Part shown: positions 12,001 to 24,000 of the stretch, one piece after another
Position numbering within the stretch: the stretch's first letter is position 1
Layout of the letters: each line of letters starts with the position of its first letter
NCBI RefSeq assembly: GCF_964204645.1
Contig: NC_134025.1
Coordinates: forward strand, 5,766,001 to 5,830,000
Direction: 5' to 3'
Source: Tubulanus polymorphus
Lineage: Eukaryota; Animalia; Nemertea
Length of the DNA: 64,000 nt
Position numbers and translations under genes: made by a program
The notes under the pieces: generated by a model
What the model saw: only the letters and a program-made list of their open reading frames with translations
Told to the model about the DNA's origin: nothing
Databases searched by the model: none

Positions 12001-15000
12001 GTTCTAGGTTATGCTTTGGTTTTTAAAAGGTTAACGAAATAGATATCACGACTATGAACATAGTTAGCTAGATCTTCGAGTTAGGGAGCGTTCATAAATT
12101 ACGTACCTCCATTGGGGGGAGGGGGGGTTACTGAATTTTGGTACAAAGTGGTACATGGGGGAGGGGGGTCAGCAAAAAAGGTACGTACTTTGAGGGAGTG
12201 GGGTATTAATCAATCTTGGTACGTACTTTATGTACCAAACTCAAATGAAAATAGCCGTTGGTGTTTTATCCGCTTTTAGTACCGGGTATATAAAATCAAT
12301 AAACAGCAATACTTGCTTAATTCTTTTGTTACATCATTAATGAAATCAGGTATTTATATTTTTTTTTGATTTGTGTTCTTTGCATCAATATAATTGGGGG
12401 GGGGGTGGTCATGGGTGCGATGGTACGTACCTAAGAGGGGGGTCAGTGAATTTGGTACAAAGGTGGTACAAGGGGGGAGGGGGGGTCAGAAAAAACGGGA
12501 GGTTTTGAGGTACGTAATTTGTGAACGCTCCCTTAGTTCTTGCAATTAGTTTTACCTGATCAATCTAGGACATATTCCGTCTATCTATGAAAGAGTGTTG
12601 TGTTTGTGTTTTGGAAAGTTTAGATAAATTAAGTTGTGCGTAGGAGGATGTGTATAAATGAATCAGAAGGTATAAGTGTATCACATGTTGATAATTGAAC
12701 TGAACTGGGACGCAAGTCATCATTTTTCGTGATCAGTCGATTTCCTCGTACAGATGATTAGATTTAGTTGTTCATCGGTGCACACATTGTATCAAAATAA
12801 TCATTTCTTCATTTTTGGTTGCGCTCATAATATGTTGTTTGAAGTTTTGATCTGATTAAAACCTTTAGCAAAAATGGCAAACAGTGTTTGTATGCGCTTG
12901 TGTTTGTATGCGCTTGTGTTTCTAAAAACTGCGAGCGGGAAAGAAGAAATTCAGTTACAGGTGGTTTGTTTACAATCTGTCTGTGCAACTAAGACTAATT
13001 CATTAACAGATTATGTTCATCTAAATCTAGGCAGGTGGTGTTTCTTAACGAAACGTTTTTTTAAAAATGAAAAACTTGACTTAAGTTAACTTCCGCACAC
13101 ACATATCTACATACAGTTCTATGCAGGAGTAAGAACCAGTGATTTTTTCAGTTATCAATGTGTTTCTGATATAATTCATGTGGTGCACTGCGAAGGATTC
13201 CGGGCATCCATCAGCGCTTCAGGATTTTACCTTAGCTTCTGACAGTTGACAGCCTGAGTCAAAAGTGAAAGATAGGAACACATTCATATAATACAACGTA
13301 GTTGTGAAAGCATTGTTAGATATCGGCATTAGTGCCTAAAAATGCTTCCTGAATATGCATTTATCAGAAAGTCGATATGTAGTGTCTGGTTTACTTTTGT
13401 TTGGGACATCAAACATGTCTGAAGCAACCTCCGTGTATGATATCGAGACACTGCTGTAGGAGGCGTTGAGATCTCGTATAGTTCGGGGTAAATACAATGT
13501 GCATCGATTTATTTCAGTTTCTACAATTGAAATTGTAGTTCGGATTTTTAAAACATCAATCAATTCATATTACTGGATTACGAATCGAGCGTAACAGCTG
13601 TTCATGCAGCTTTTCTAATGGATGATGAAAACTTTACACACAGAGGAATTAATAACTTGTAGCTCGTTTTATGCTTGAATTACGCTGTATGATGCGTCTT
13701 ACTCTATACCATCAAATCATTAGAGATAATTAATTGATGGTTGATCGACTCGGGATTGGGCAGAAGTTAGGGATTTATTTTTTGAGTCGGCTTCCACGAG
13801 TGAAAAGTTCATACTGCACACTTATTAGATCGTGCTGATACAATTTTCAGTCAGTTTAGGACATTAATGAGTGAGGATGGTTAGTCGTTCTGGTAAAGGT
13901 ACCTCATAACAAATTGAAAGATTCTTATAAATATCTATAAATCCGAGCTTATAGTTAGTTTAATGTTGTTTCCTTTATATATTGAATTCTAATAATTTTC
14001 TTTTAAAATAGAATTTTCCCACATAGATATCATTGATGTGGGTTCCATTTTGCTTATCCTAGTCTAATCTTTCTGTCAATTATTCTCGATTATGTAAACA
14101 TTTTTCGATAGAGTTTGATTTATTGATTGACAGTGTGTAATATACCTTTCTCTTCCGCTTCATCCAGGTCGTGTAGAATGTGGCTCTGTTCTTGCGCGAA
14201 ACGGCCAAAGTCGAAAAATCGCAAAAATCTCAAGCTCGTGATTTCGTGAAACAAATTATCGATCTGCTGATGTGAATAATGTTTTTTTTTTACGTCAGTT
14301 TCTATTTGTCTGATAAAACATGGATAAGAAAACTATTCGCGTAATACGGCTGTAGAGTAGAATGAACATTGTTTTTAGACTAGGTTTCACTATGTATTAT
14401 GCGTACTGTGTTGTTTAAAATGTGGATATAATGCGCAGAGTTTAAATGGATTAATGGATTTTAGGATTTACGTACATTTATCATGTTAATTAACTTTCGC
14501 GGATTAAGAGCAGTAACTACACAATGGCTGACGATGTAAATAACAATAAAGGTGCTACGGAATTAGATATGGAAGACTTTATCGGAAAAATGTCTTTGCT
14601 CGGCGCGAGTGTTCCGGACACTGGTGATGATTATGACATTTTTTATGATTACTGCGACCAAGTTATAGCAGGTATGTGTCATGACTTGCGCGAGCCAGCT
14701 CCGAGTGACGGTGGCTCAGCCAGTAGAAAATCGCCAGGCAGCGAATCTTTGTCTGGAACGGGACCAAGAACCCCTTTATCTTCCATGAATTTGAAATCAA
14801 GTGCGTCAGACATTTCTCATGCAAGTTCTCGAAACATTGCCTCTTCGCCTGTCTACAGTAAAGTTCAACCTTTAGTCATTTCCTCGCGAAACGCTGAAAT
14901 GAAGCGAAGGTTTTTTGGAATGGAACCCGTCTGTGATTTTACAATCGAAAACGCAGCAACTACAAATGAAGCCCTGATTAGTGAAATAACTGTAGAAGAG

Positions 15001-18000
15001 CCGACAGTAGTAGCACAGGATACATACACTACTGCATCTCCTGGTGTAAACAGCAGGGACGATCAACTGACTATGGAAAAACTCGAAGAATTGGATGACC
15101 TGATGCAATACTTTCATCCACCCGGACAAATTGAGTCGACTTGTGAATATGGCAATCAAAGATATGAGCCCACGGCTCAAGTCAGGCAAAGTAACACGTA
15201 CCAGTCAGCAGCAGCATTTCCTATGCATAATCGTCCATCACGTTTGCATCTGCAACAAGATCCAGATCGAAATGCCGCCAGTCATAAATATTTTGCTATG
15301 AGTGGTCAGAACACGGTTTCATCCCCTTGTGGCTTGAACAGAGAGATTGGACATGATTTTTCTAAAGAGCGCCCCCCAGTGTCACCTTATAGTCCTCGCA
15401 ATCCTATTTGTAAGTCTCCTCATAAACAAACGTATCATAGTCAACAGAATTTCTACATCGACAATGGAGTAACCAGTCCTCCACCTTATGGAGATACTAT
15501 GAGTAGCTATGAAGGTTATGGTCCGACATCCTATGAAATGCCTTCAGGACCTACTAAACCTGTCTTCTATCATACAGATACATATAATTTGTCAGGCAAT
15601 GCACCAACTTACTATCAACCTCAACACTCGTCACCTTATTCATACGAATATGGTCAAAGAATGCTATCACCAGAGTTGAATCCACCTTGGCAGCCCTTTC
15701 ACGAAGTTACCAGTCATTACGAGATAAATCAAAGTCAATCTTATCCATTGTCTCCTTCAATGAATCAATCAGTCCCGGTTAATTACGAATTGAGGGGACA
15801 GTCTGATTCAACTTCATCAAGGGCAATTTCACCATCATATCAACAAATCGGACTCATTTCCCCTGAAGTTCATTATGAATCTACAAGAAAATATGATGTT
15901 CACCAGAGTTATTCAAAACCATTAACTCCGCTTTCGCCAAGTCGGACTCAACCGGTTCAAGCTGCTTATTCAACTTACCAAACGCCTGGTGCAGCAGCAG
16001 CAGCAGCAAATGTATCTTCGCCACTCTCACCGAGTCACCCACATCATCGAGCTCAAGATGCTTACTCGACCTATAGATCAGATCAGATACCTACATCAGA
16101 GATTCCTGCTTATTCTTGGCCTGCCCAAACTTTGCCGGTCTTGCAGCCTAATTCCCCATCGTCTCTGACTCAAAAAGAAATGATCCAGAGCTTTCACAAT
16201 TTCATCAAGCCGAAACCACCTTCTATAAACAACACGGACATTGATCTGGATTTTGGTCCTGAACTTGAAGAATATGTCTTTGTCGGAGTAGAAGCTGGAC
16301 CTAATCTTCCGCGCAGTCGTAGCCAAACTCCGGAATTTTGTGGTATGCCGGACTTACGGCGTGCTTCGGTACACGATGTGTTTGCGAGTGGAGGTAATTT
16401 CGCAGTTTGTCGCACACCTGAACGAGGTCCCCTTCTCTCGCCCGAGGTCAAACGTCGAAAAGATCTTCAGAAGATTTCGGACGATCGTCGAGTCTCGGAA
16501 CACGATGTTCTATCTATTGGAGGTTTCATTACGTGTCGGTCACCGGAACCGGGACCTGTTTTGTCACCGGATTTAATGCGTAGAAACAAAAATCTGGTGT
16601 CAATTCGTGAAATGTCCCATAGTCCGAGTCCTGAGACAGAATTATATCCCCAAACTGAAACATCTCAATTATCTCGCCTCGATTGTTCATCCGAACCTCA
16701 GCCAATGCTATCACCTGAACTCAGGAGGAAATTATTTCTATCCGATCTCGATGGAAAATTCGCAACTGCTGAGACCGTTCAGCGTTCTCAGACAGAACCG
16801 AACATCTACTCTACGAAATATTCAGTAACTGATCCTGTTGTTGATGAGTCTTTAATCGTTACTCAGTCCCAACAGTCATTGCAGTTACCCGACACCGAAC
16901 CAGTCGTCCGACCTCGAGCTTTATCCATCGGAGAAATCTTTATCCAACCGTTTGTCGATACGTCTAGAAATGAGGTCGCGGAATTTGACAATTCAAATCA
17001 GGCGCATACCTCTACGCGGGATGAACAAATCGTTGAAGTTTGCGAGCTTTCTGAAGCTCCTCATTTGAAAACGTCGACTGTCGACCTGAAATCTTCATCA
17101 GTCGGTGCTTTTTCGAACGTCGATCATCGACCCGATCGACTTTCCGAAAGTCAAGTTCACGATTCCGAGATTTTGTACGGTTTCGCGCGTTGTAAAGTTT
17201 CCGACACGACGGGTCAGTCGTCCAGCGTCGTTTACAATCTGTACGGCGATTTCGAAGATATCGATTCTCTCGACTGCTATCTAGAACCGACCGACAAAAA
17301 CGACGACGACGAGGTTTCGTATCTAACGATCAATCAACTCGTTCAGAATCGTAAGGGTATTTTCGCCGATGTTAAGTCGTCGGATCGTCCGGTTCCGAGC
17401 GGGATTCTCGTTAGACGTCGCAGTAGTACGAGCGACGATATTCAACAGAGAATCAACAACTATCTCACCGACGTCGAGGCCGTGAAATCTGCACCCGCGA
17501 AAATATCGATCGATATCTCTGAGGATCTGAAGGAAAAGGTCAATTATGATTTCGGGCGGAGGAATAGTTTTCCATTAGCGGCGCCTCCTCCTCGTCTGCA
17601 GAAGTCGAGGCGAAGTGTGGATTTCGGACCGGTCACTCGGATTCCGATCTCTGACGACGATGAAGATGATGATGATGATGATGACGACAATGATGACGAT
17701 GATGATGTTGATCCTTGTAGATTGAGTTTGAGGGAAAAGATGAAAATGTTCGCATCGATGGGACAGAGCGAAGAGAAACCGGCGCCGAAGAGAGATGCTC
17801 CCGTTATTCGGCGTAAACAAAGACGTCATCCATCAAGATTTAGCACCCAGGTTAGTCTTATGTTATAATTATTCTGTTCGCAATTAACAATGAATTTATT
17901 TTTTCTGAAATATTTGATCTTTTAATCTGAGTTGCTGAAAAAGTAGATTTCTTATATATGTTTTCTGAGCTCCTGTAGTCTTGCATATTTGTATGTGAAT

Positions 18001-21000
18001 ATGTATAAACTTTTTTCTTTGAACTTTTTTCTGTTTAGACAAACAAGGTTTGTTAGTATTTTTGTGTTAGTTAATGTTTTATTTTCACTTCTGTTTGATG
18101 TGTCAGTCATAGAAAAAAAAACTATGATTCAGCAACTTTCCTAAACCGAGTCATCCCTTTAAAGAAAGGTCAAAATTCGTCGATTGGCATTTATTGAATG
18201 CTTCCCAGCTTTTACTATTAATGGCTGCCACCTGCAGTAATCTGCTTGAACTATTGCTATCTACGGAACATTTTTGCCGTATATTAGATTGGATTTCGTC
18301 GATACAAATAGCGAATTCGAACCGGTATAATTCGATAGACAATTTCAATGTGAAACAGTGAACAGGTCATTTAGGGGTGAATGAGAACTAGTTCTGTCCG
18401 TATTGCCGGACAGTGCCTGGATATCTTCTAACCAAGATTTTGTCAACTTTTAAAGGCACCCACGTTTTTTGTACGTTTGTGTGACATAATAATAGCATCT
18501 CAGTTGCTACTGTTTTCCCCCCTTATCCATTGATGTGGAGCACAATCTCAGCGCATGTCACAACATATAGATATAACCGGGGACTCGAAAATGAATAACA
18601 GTCCATGATATAATTCATGAATCTTTGATGTTATATCTCTATGGCCACTCTACATCGTGACTGACTGATTTTTCCGTATTTTACTCGTCTGATAAATGAA
18701 AAAACTTTGTCGACAAAATTCTCTTGTTGTGGCGAATGAAGCGTGAAATTATGTCTGTTTTCTGTTCATTTATTGCAGCCTATAACTTACGACGAGGTAG
18801 AGAAGGCGGCTAAGATCTCACCGCTGGCGATGACGCTGGTGAAGCCTCCCGATCCAGAGCTGATGGGAGGAATGCCGATGAGTGCGCAGAGAGATCTGAT
18901 GATTTGTCACGCCGAACGTATTCTATCGCAGCCGAGTTCTCGCCTCGGGTCGCGTCGAGATTCGATCAGTGATCTCGAGGAGGAGGACGAAGAAGAGGAA
19001 ACTAAAGGTCAGATTCCTGAAATAAAATCTGTGATCTAAAATCCTAGTTTATAGAATCTGTGATCTTAGCTGCGATCTCACGGACATGATCCGGCCCGGA
19101 TCAGGCCAGAGTCACATTTGGCCCATGCCTAATTAAAGAGCTGGTAATTAGAGAGCGTAAACCACTCACTCAATACTAAACAGTGCCATGACAAAGCGAG
19201 GCGAGTCACTTTCAGAACTAGTTGCAAGTCACACGTAATAGTTTAACCGGAATTTAACCAAAAATGACGAACCATGTCGGCCAAATGTAGCCTGGCCCAA
19301 ACAGACACGAGCCCTTTTGGCACTTGTGATCGCGGCTCTTTAAAATGTCTTTCAATATCAAAACATTTTCGAGATTTATCATCCAGATAACAAACCGGAA
19401 GCTTCGAATAACAAAGGCACCCTCGACTTGGACAAACTGAGCTCGAAGCTGTCGTCGATGAAGCCTCGCACAGAAACCGGCGAAGTTGATCTGAACTCGT
19501 CGTTCGATGGGAAAGATTCTGCAATGAAGAGTATACTGAAACGTGAAGGTAGTTTCGAACGAGCTAAAGCGGTTAGCATTATGAGAAGAGGAAGCGTGAA
19601 GGATGATACTACAAGTGATGAAGATGATGAAGATGATGATAAAGCTAAGGTGAGAGTCACAGTTGTTTTCTTCTGTTTGGACCTTTTTCCAGGGGGTTTC
19701 ATATTCACAGTTTTGCACTTTGTGTTAAGAAACCCATTTTCATGTTCCGTATTTGGATTTTTATCGCCGAGAGTAAATACATCGTAAACTAATAATTTGA
19801 GTGTAAATATATGCACCCTACGACTCTTGAATACCAGTACATACCGTCAAATGTAATTATTAGATTTGGTTATGGTCCATGAATCTTCTGTTAATGCCAT
19901 TTAATTAACCAGAAATTTATAGATATTATTGATACATGTATTCCCGGTAGATAATATATGATAGTCATTAGGCGTATGACATGAAGGAATATTAACTGTT
20001 TACTGAAGGAAATGATCGGAACTTGTAAATTAATCCTTCATGAAATCGGGGCAATTATGCAACCATTAATAGATTAGATATGGACATACCATGCAGCAAA
20101 TTGAGAACATATCCCTCATTTATAAAAACATCCCTGCTGTGAAGATGGTTGAATGTTTCAGTCAAGTATGCATTTATCTTACTTGTAAGTATGATAGATG
20201 AATCATTTGTTATGCATTATTTCTTTCAAATTTTGCGATCTAAAAGTCTTTGATTCTTCATTCTGGCAAATACCCAATGATGAACTATTGATTCGGATAT
20301 TGTTTGTTAGATAGTTCATTTCCGATGCAATCAATTCAATTAATGATTCTATTATTTGTGTGTTGTCTGGGTTGCGTTGATTTCATTCAGCGACATGACA
20401 AGAGTAGCTGCGACCTTTCATGCTATGTTTTTTATCAAATCAAGCCCCATTCAGAGCTTCTAGTTTTTGTCGAATTTCAAGCGCTGGTATATATACATTG
20501 CTAATCTTCTTTATGTAGGCATAAACTTGTTATATATGCTTATGTCTTGATATATAGTCAGTCCATATAAATGAATATATGGGCCATGTGTACAATGAAA
20601 GAAATCGAAGAACGTAGTCAACTGAACAAAATATATCTACCGCAAAACAACTCTAGGAATAAACAATTCTCGGTACCGATCTACAAAAGCCATAAAATCA
20701 TTGTGATAGAATAGTTCATATTTCATCGAGGATATGTTTCACTTTGTATTAAAGGTAAGACATGGCTCTGATACATTAGGATATATAGTCGCACGTATAA
20801 GGTCATTCCCTGGATGAATAAAAAGTTGTGAAAGCAATGTCTATGTATTGTTTATTAATTATCGCAGGCTAAGGAATTAGTATATGTAATAAGTACGTTC
20901 GCATAGAGAGTTCAAGCAATTACTATAATATTAAGGTTAAATATTACAACGATTGTGTATTTGCCTGTAAATTGGATGTGTTGACCTCTCGCTGCTAATA

Positions 21001-24000
21001 CAGATATATGATCTTATATCGAGTGGTCTTCTAAAGGGCATTATGTAGATATGGCAAGTTGCAGACGGACCAGATCAGATCTCACTAGCCTGGATTTTTA
21101 GTCATCATTCAGAAATTGGTGAGATTCAGCGATATATATTGTTTATATAATGTATTTCAATTAGTTCAAGCAGTGCTAGTATGTAGTTTGTATATCATAG
21201 TTTGACAAATGACTGAAAAACGAAGTGCTTTTCCTTGATGCGACCTTTTCAATCAATGACATTCACCATGTATTTTCAACTGGATGCCTCCCTCTTAGGT
21301 GGGTGCACTGGGCCTATGAAAATACGACCGATTTACTTGCAAAATAGTTACTTAGTTGCATTCTAGTCATGTAAATACGGGGATGCTTTTCCTATGCTGT
21401 ATGATTTCATGTAAATCGTGTATTATGTATAGGCCTGTATATACAATGTACAAACTGAATAGAGTGACAGATGTATATTTCAGATAGCTCTGCATCCAGC
21501 TGAATCATTTCTCTCAGTGGGTGTGGTTCTAAACATCATACTTCCTAATTATATTAATGATGTAAAATATGTACATATGTATAGGTAGACCTATGTCATT
21601 GTTATAGTTCTGATTTATTTTGACTTAATGTCCTTACACTCCACTTCACACGTCTTTTCCTCGAAATCATAATCAATTATGGAAATTCTTATCATTCAAT
21701 GTATTTTTACACAGAAAGCTATTGTATACAACGGCCAATAGATATAGTCGATGTGTATGATTGAACACCTGTTGATACATTGAATATATGGATGTGTCTG
21801 CGATTAGATGCCACACGCCACACGCGTTAACTCCACTGGAGGATGTTCACTTGTCACTTGTCAACGGATATTAGGAATATAGTAGACTGTATTTGATATG
21901 TATTACGAAATATTTCCCCGCTCTAACGGACTAGACTAGAATAGGTAGGAAATTCGGAATAAGATGACTATTGATGAAATTGTAGATCTTTATTTTGTAA
22001 AAAAATTATGATAAAAGCGACGATGATGATAGTATTTTAGTTATCAATGTTGTTCCATTGACCCCTGATAGATTTCATTCAATGTTGGGTATTATGCTAT
22101 ATATTATTCATATAAAATGTAAGGCAGTTGATAGGAGCAGCGCTTGGTGGAATTCCCCCTGAATCTTAATCATCGACCCATTACTCAGCCCCATAAAATA
22201 AAACAAACGCAAACAGCGGGAGTTCTTTTACATAGGATATACTCATGGAACGTTGAAATTTGTTAGCATGTTTGACAGTAGATAGTAATATCTATATTAG
22301 GAGCTGTTAAGTACTTCCTTTGCAGTCAATTTGTAATTCATGAATCTTGAAGCGAATGGTACTCACCGCTGACACAAGTTATTCATTCACTATTCAGAGA
22401 AACATCGTTCTATTAGACTATGACTTAGTTACAGTAATGTGTTTCGTATTTTGATCAAGTCAGTTTTCATAAATTGCTCTACATAGATGCTGTAATATAA
22501 TCTAAGCATATCAGTTGTTGCAATGTCAAGCAGTTATCGGGTTTTCACATATGTTCACATTCGTGTCCATGTCATCTAATCATATGAAATGTATATCATA
22601 TTCCTTTGCCTTTGTGATTTTTCTGAAAATCATTGAATTAGTAGGCTGTATCAAATACTCAGTGATTGATGTACATTATTTTGAATCGGTTTAAAAAAAT
22701 GCTTTTTACATGATTAATTTTTCAGAATGAAAAAGAAGCATCAACATCGTCGCAGAGTAAAAACGAAGCAGTCGCCAGGCAACGGGCGATCTCTGAACGG
22801 GTGTCAGAGGTCACTCCCGCGAAATCAGAGAACAAAAGCGACCAGAAACGAGTGACATCCCGTCATCTAACCCAACCTATAACACCGGAAGAGAAAAAAC
22901 AAGCCGAAGAGGAAATGTCCATCCAGGAAAGGTACGTTGAACCTTAAACGCTCAGTCACTTCTTCGTGGATGTTACAACTTCCAAATGTATTTTTTCGAT
23001 ACTGAAGCTGAAGAATAAAGGACTGATCAATCAATGGTAGAGTCATGTGGGGGCGTGTGGTTTGAATATTCGACTCTGGGAAGCCAGGTCGTGGATTCGA
23101 ACCCTGCACATTACCGTAGTGTCCCTGGGCTAGACACTCATCCTCATTTCCTCTCTTCACCCAAGATTGAGTGGTTGCTCGGATGTTGCTTCTCAGGGTT
23201 ACAGTTATAGGCCGGGGGGGGGGGGGGGTAATGATAACAATTTAATGGAAAGCATCATCATTGAACATCATATCATGGTAGAAATGGTGCTATAGAGATT
23301 AGATGATGATTATCATTATTATGAATATGAATGTTGTCGATTTCAGGTTAGCATTGTTGAAAAAAAGTGGTGACGAAGATTGGAGAAAGCGAGTTGAAAC
23401 TCCTGAAGTAGTGACCAGAACCGGTCGACGAACACGCGGTGACCGACCTAAGAGTATTACGGATCTCGTTTCACAACTCGAAGAGTCAAGTCATAGCTGG
23501 AAAAACAGAGTCGAAGAGAAAGATGTCGGACAATTTACCGTTGAAGGCAAGATGTCTATGGCCGGTAAGCATAGTGATCTATTCTACTTCGAACAAGAAT
23601 TCAAGTAGGGTTTAAGCATACGGGTTACTCAAGTTCGATTTCTTTTTCAGGCAAGATATCCGATAGTCCAATGATGAAGAAACTGAAAACTCCGAGACCA
23701 GCGTCTGTACACGGAAGTATCGTCGGCAGGAAAGGTAGATATTTCAAATTTTTACGATCCGTTATATATGCTAGTAATGTATATTATTCAGACAATCAAG
23801 AAGTTATTAAGTTTCGATATTCAAATGCACAAAGTTTTACGTATAAACAATATTTAGCGCTATGAATGTTGCATGTATTTTATAACACATGCTTACATTG
23901 ATTACAGGACCGTTGAAAGCCACAATCGATTTCCGCCAAAATAAAAAAGCGGGTACAAACAATATGAAAATTGTTTTATTTCTATGTATATACCATTCAC

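Noticed and set aside
12884-12921. Short tandem duplications (16-bp unit here; 15-bp at 8781-8810; 13-bp match at 2941 and 3011)
   Set aside because: These are ordinary slippage duplications with two copies only and no spacer structure, so not CRISPR-like.
19243-19816. Several overlapping minus-strand ORFs, and similar antisense or alternate-frame ORFs over all three genes
   Set aside because: They are shadows of real coding exons, with no independent motifs or splice structure.
23040-23110. Possible tRNA gene
   Set aside because: Only a B-box is recognisable, with no cloverleaf, and it continues into SINE-like body sequence.
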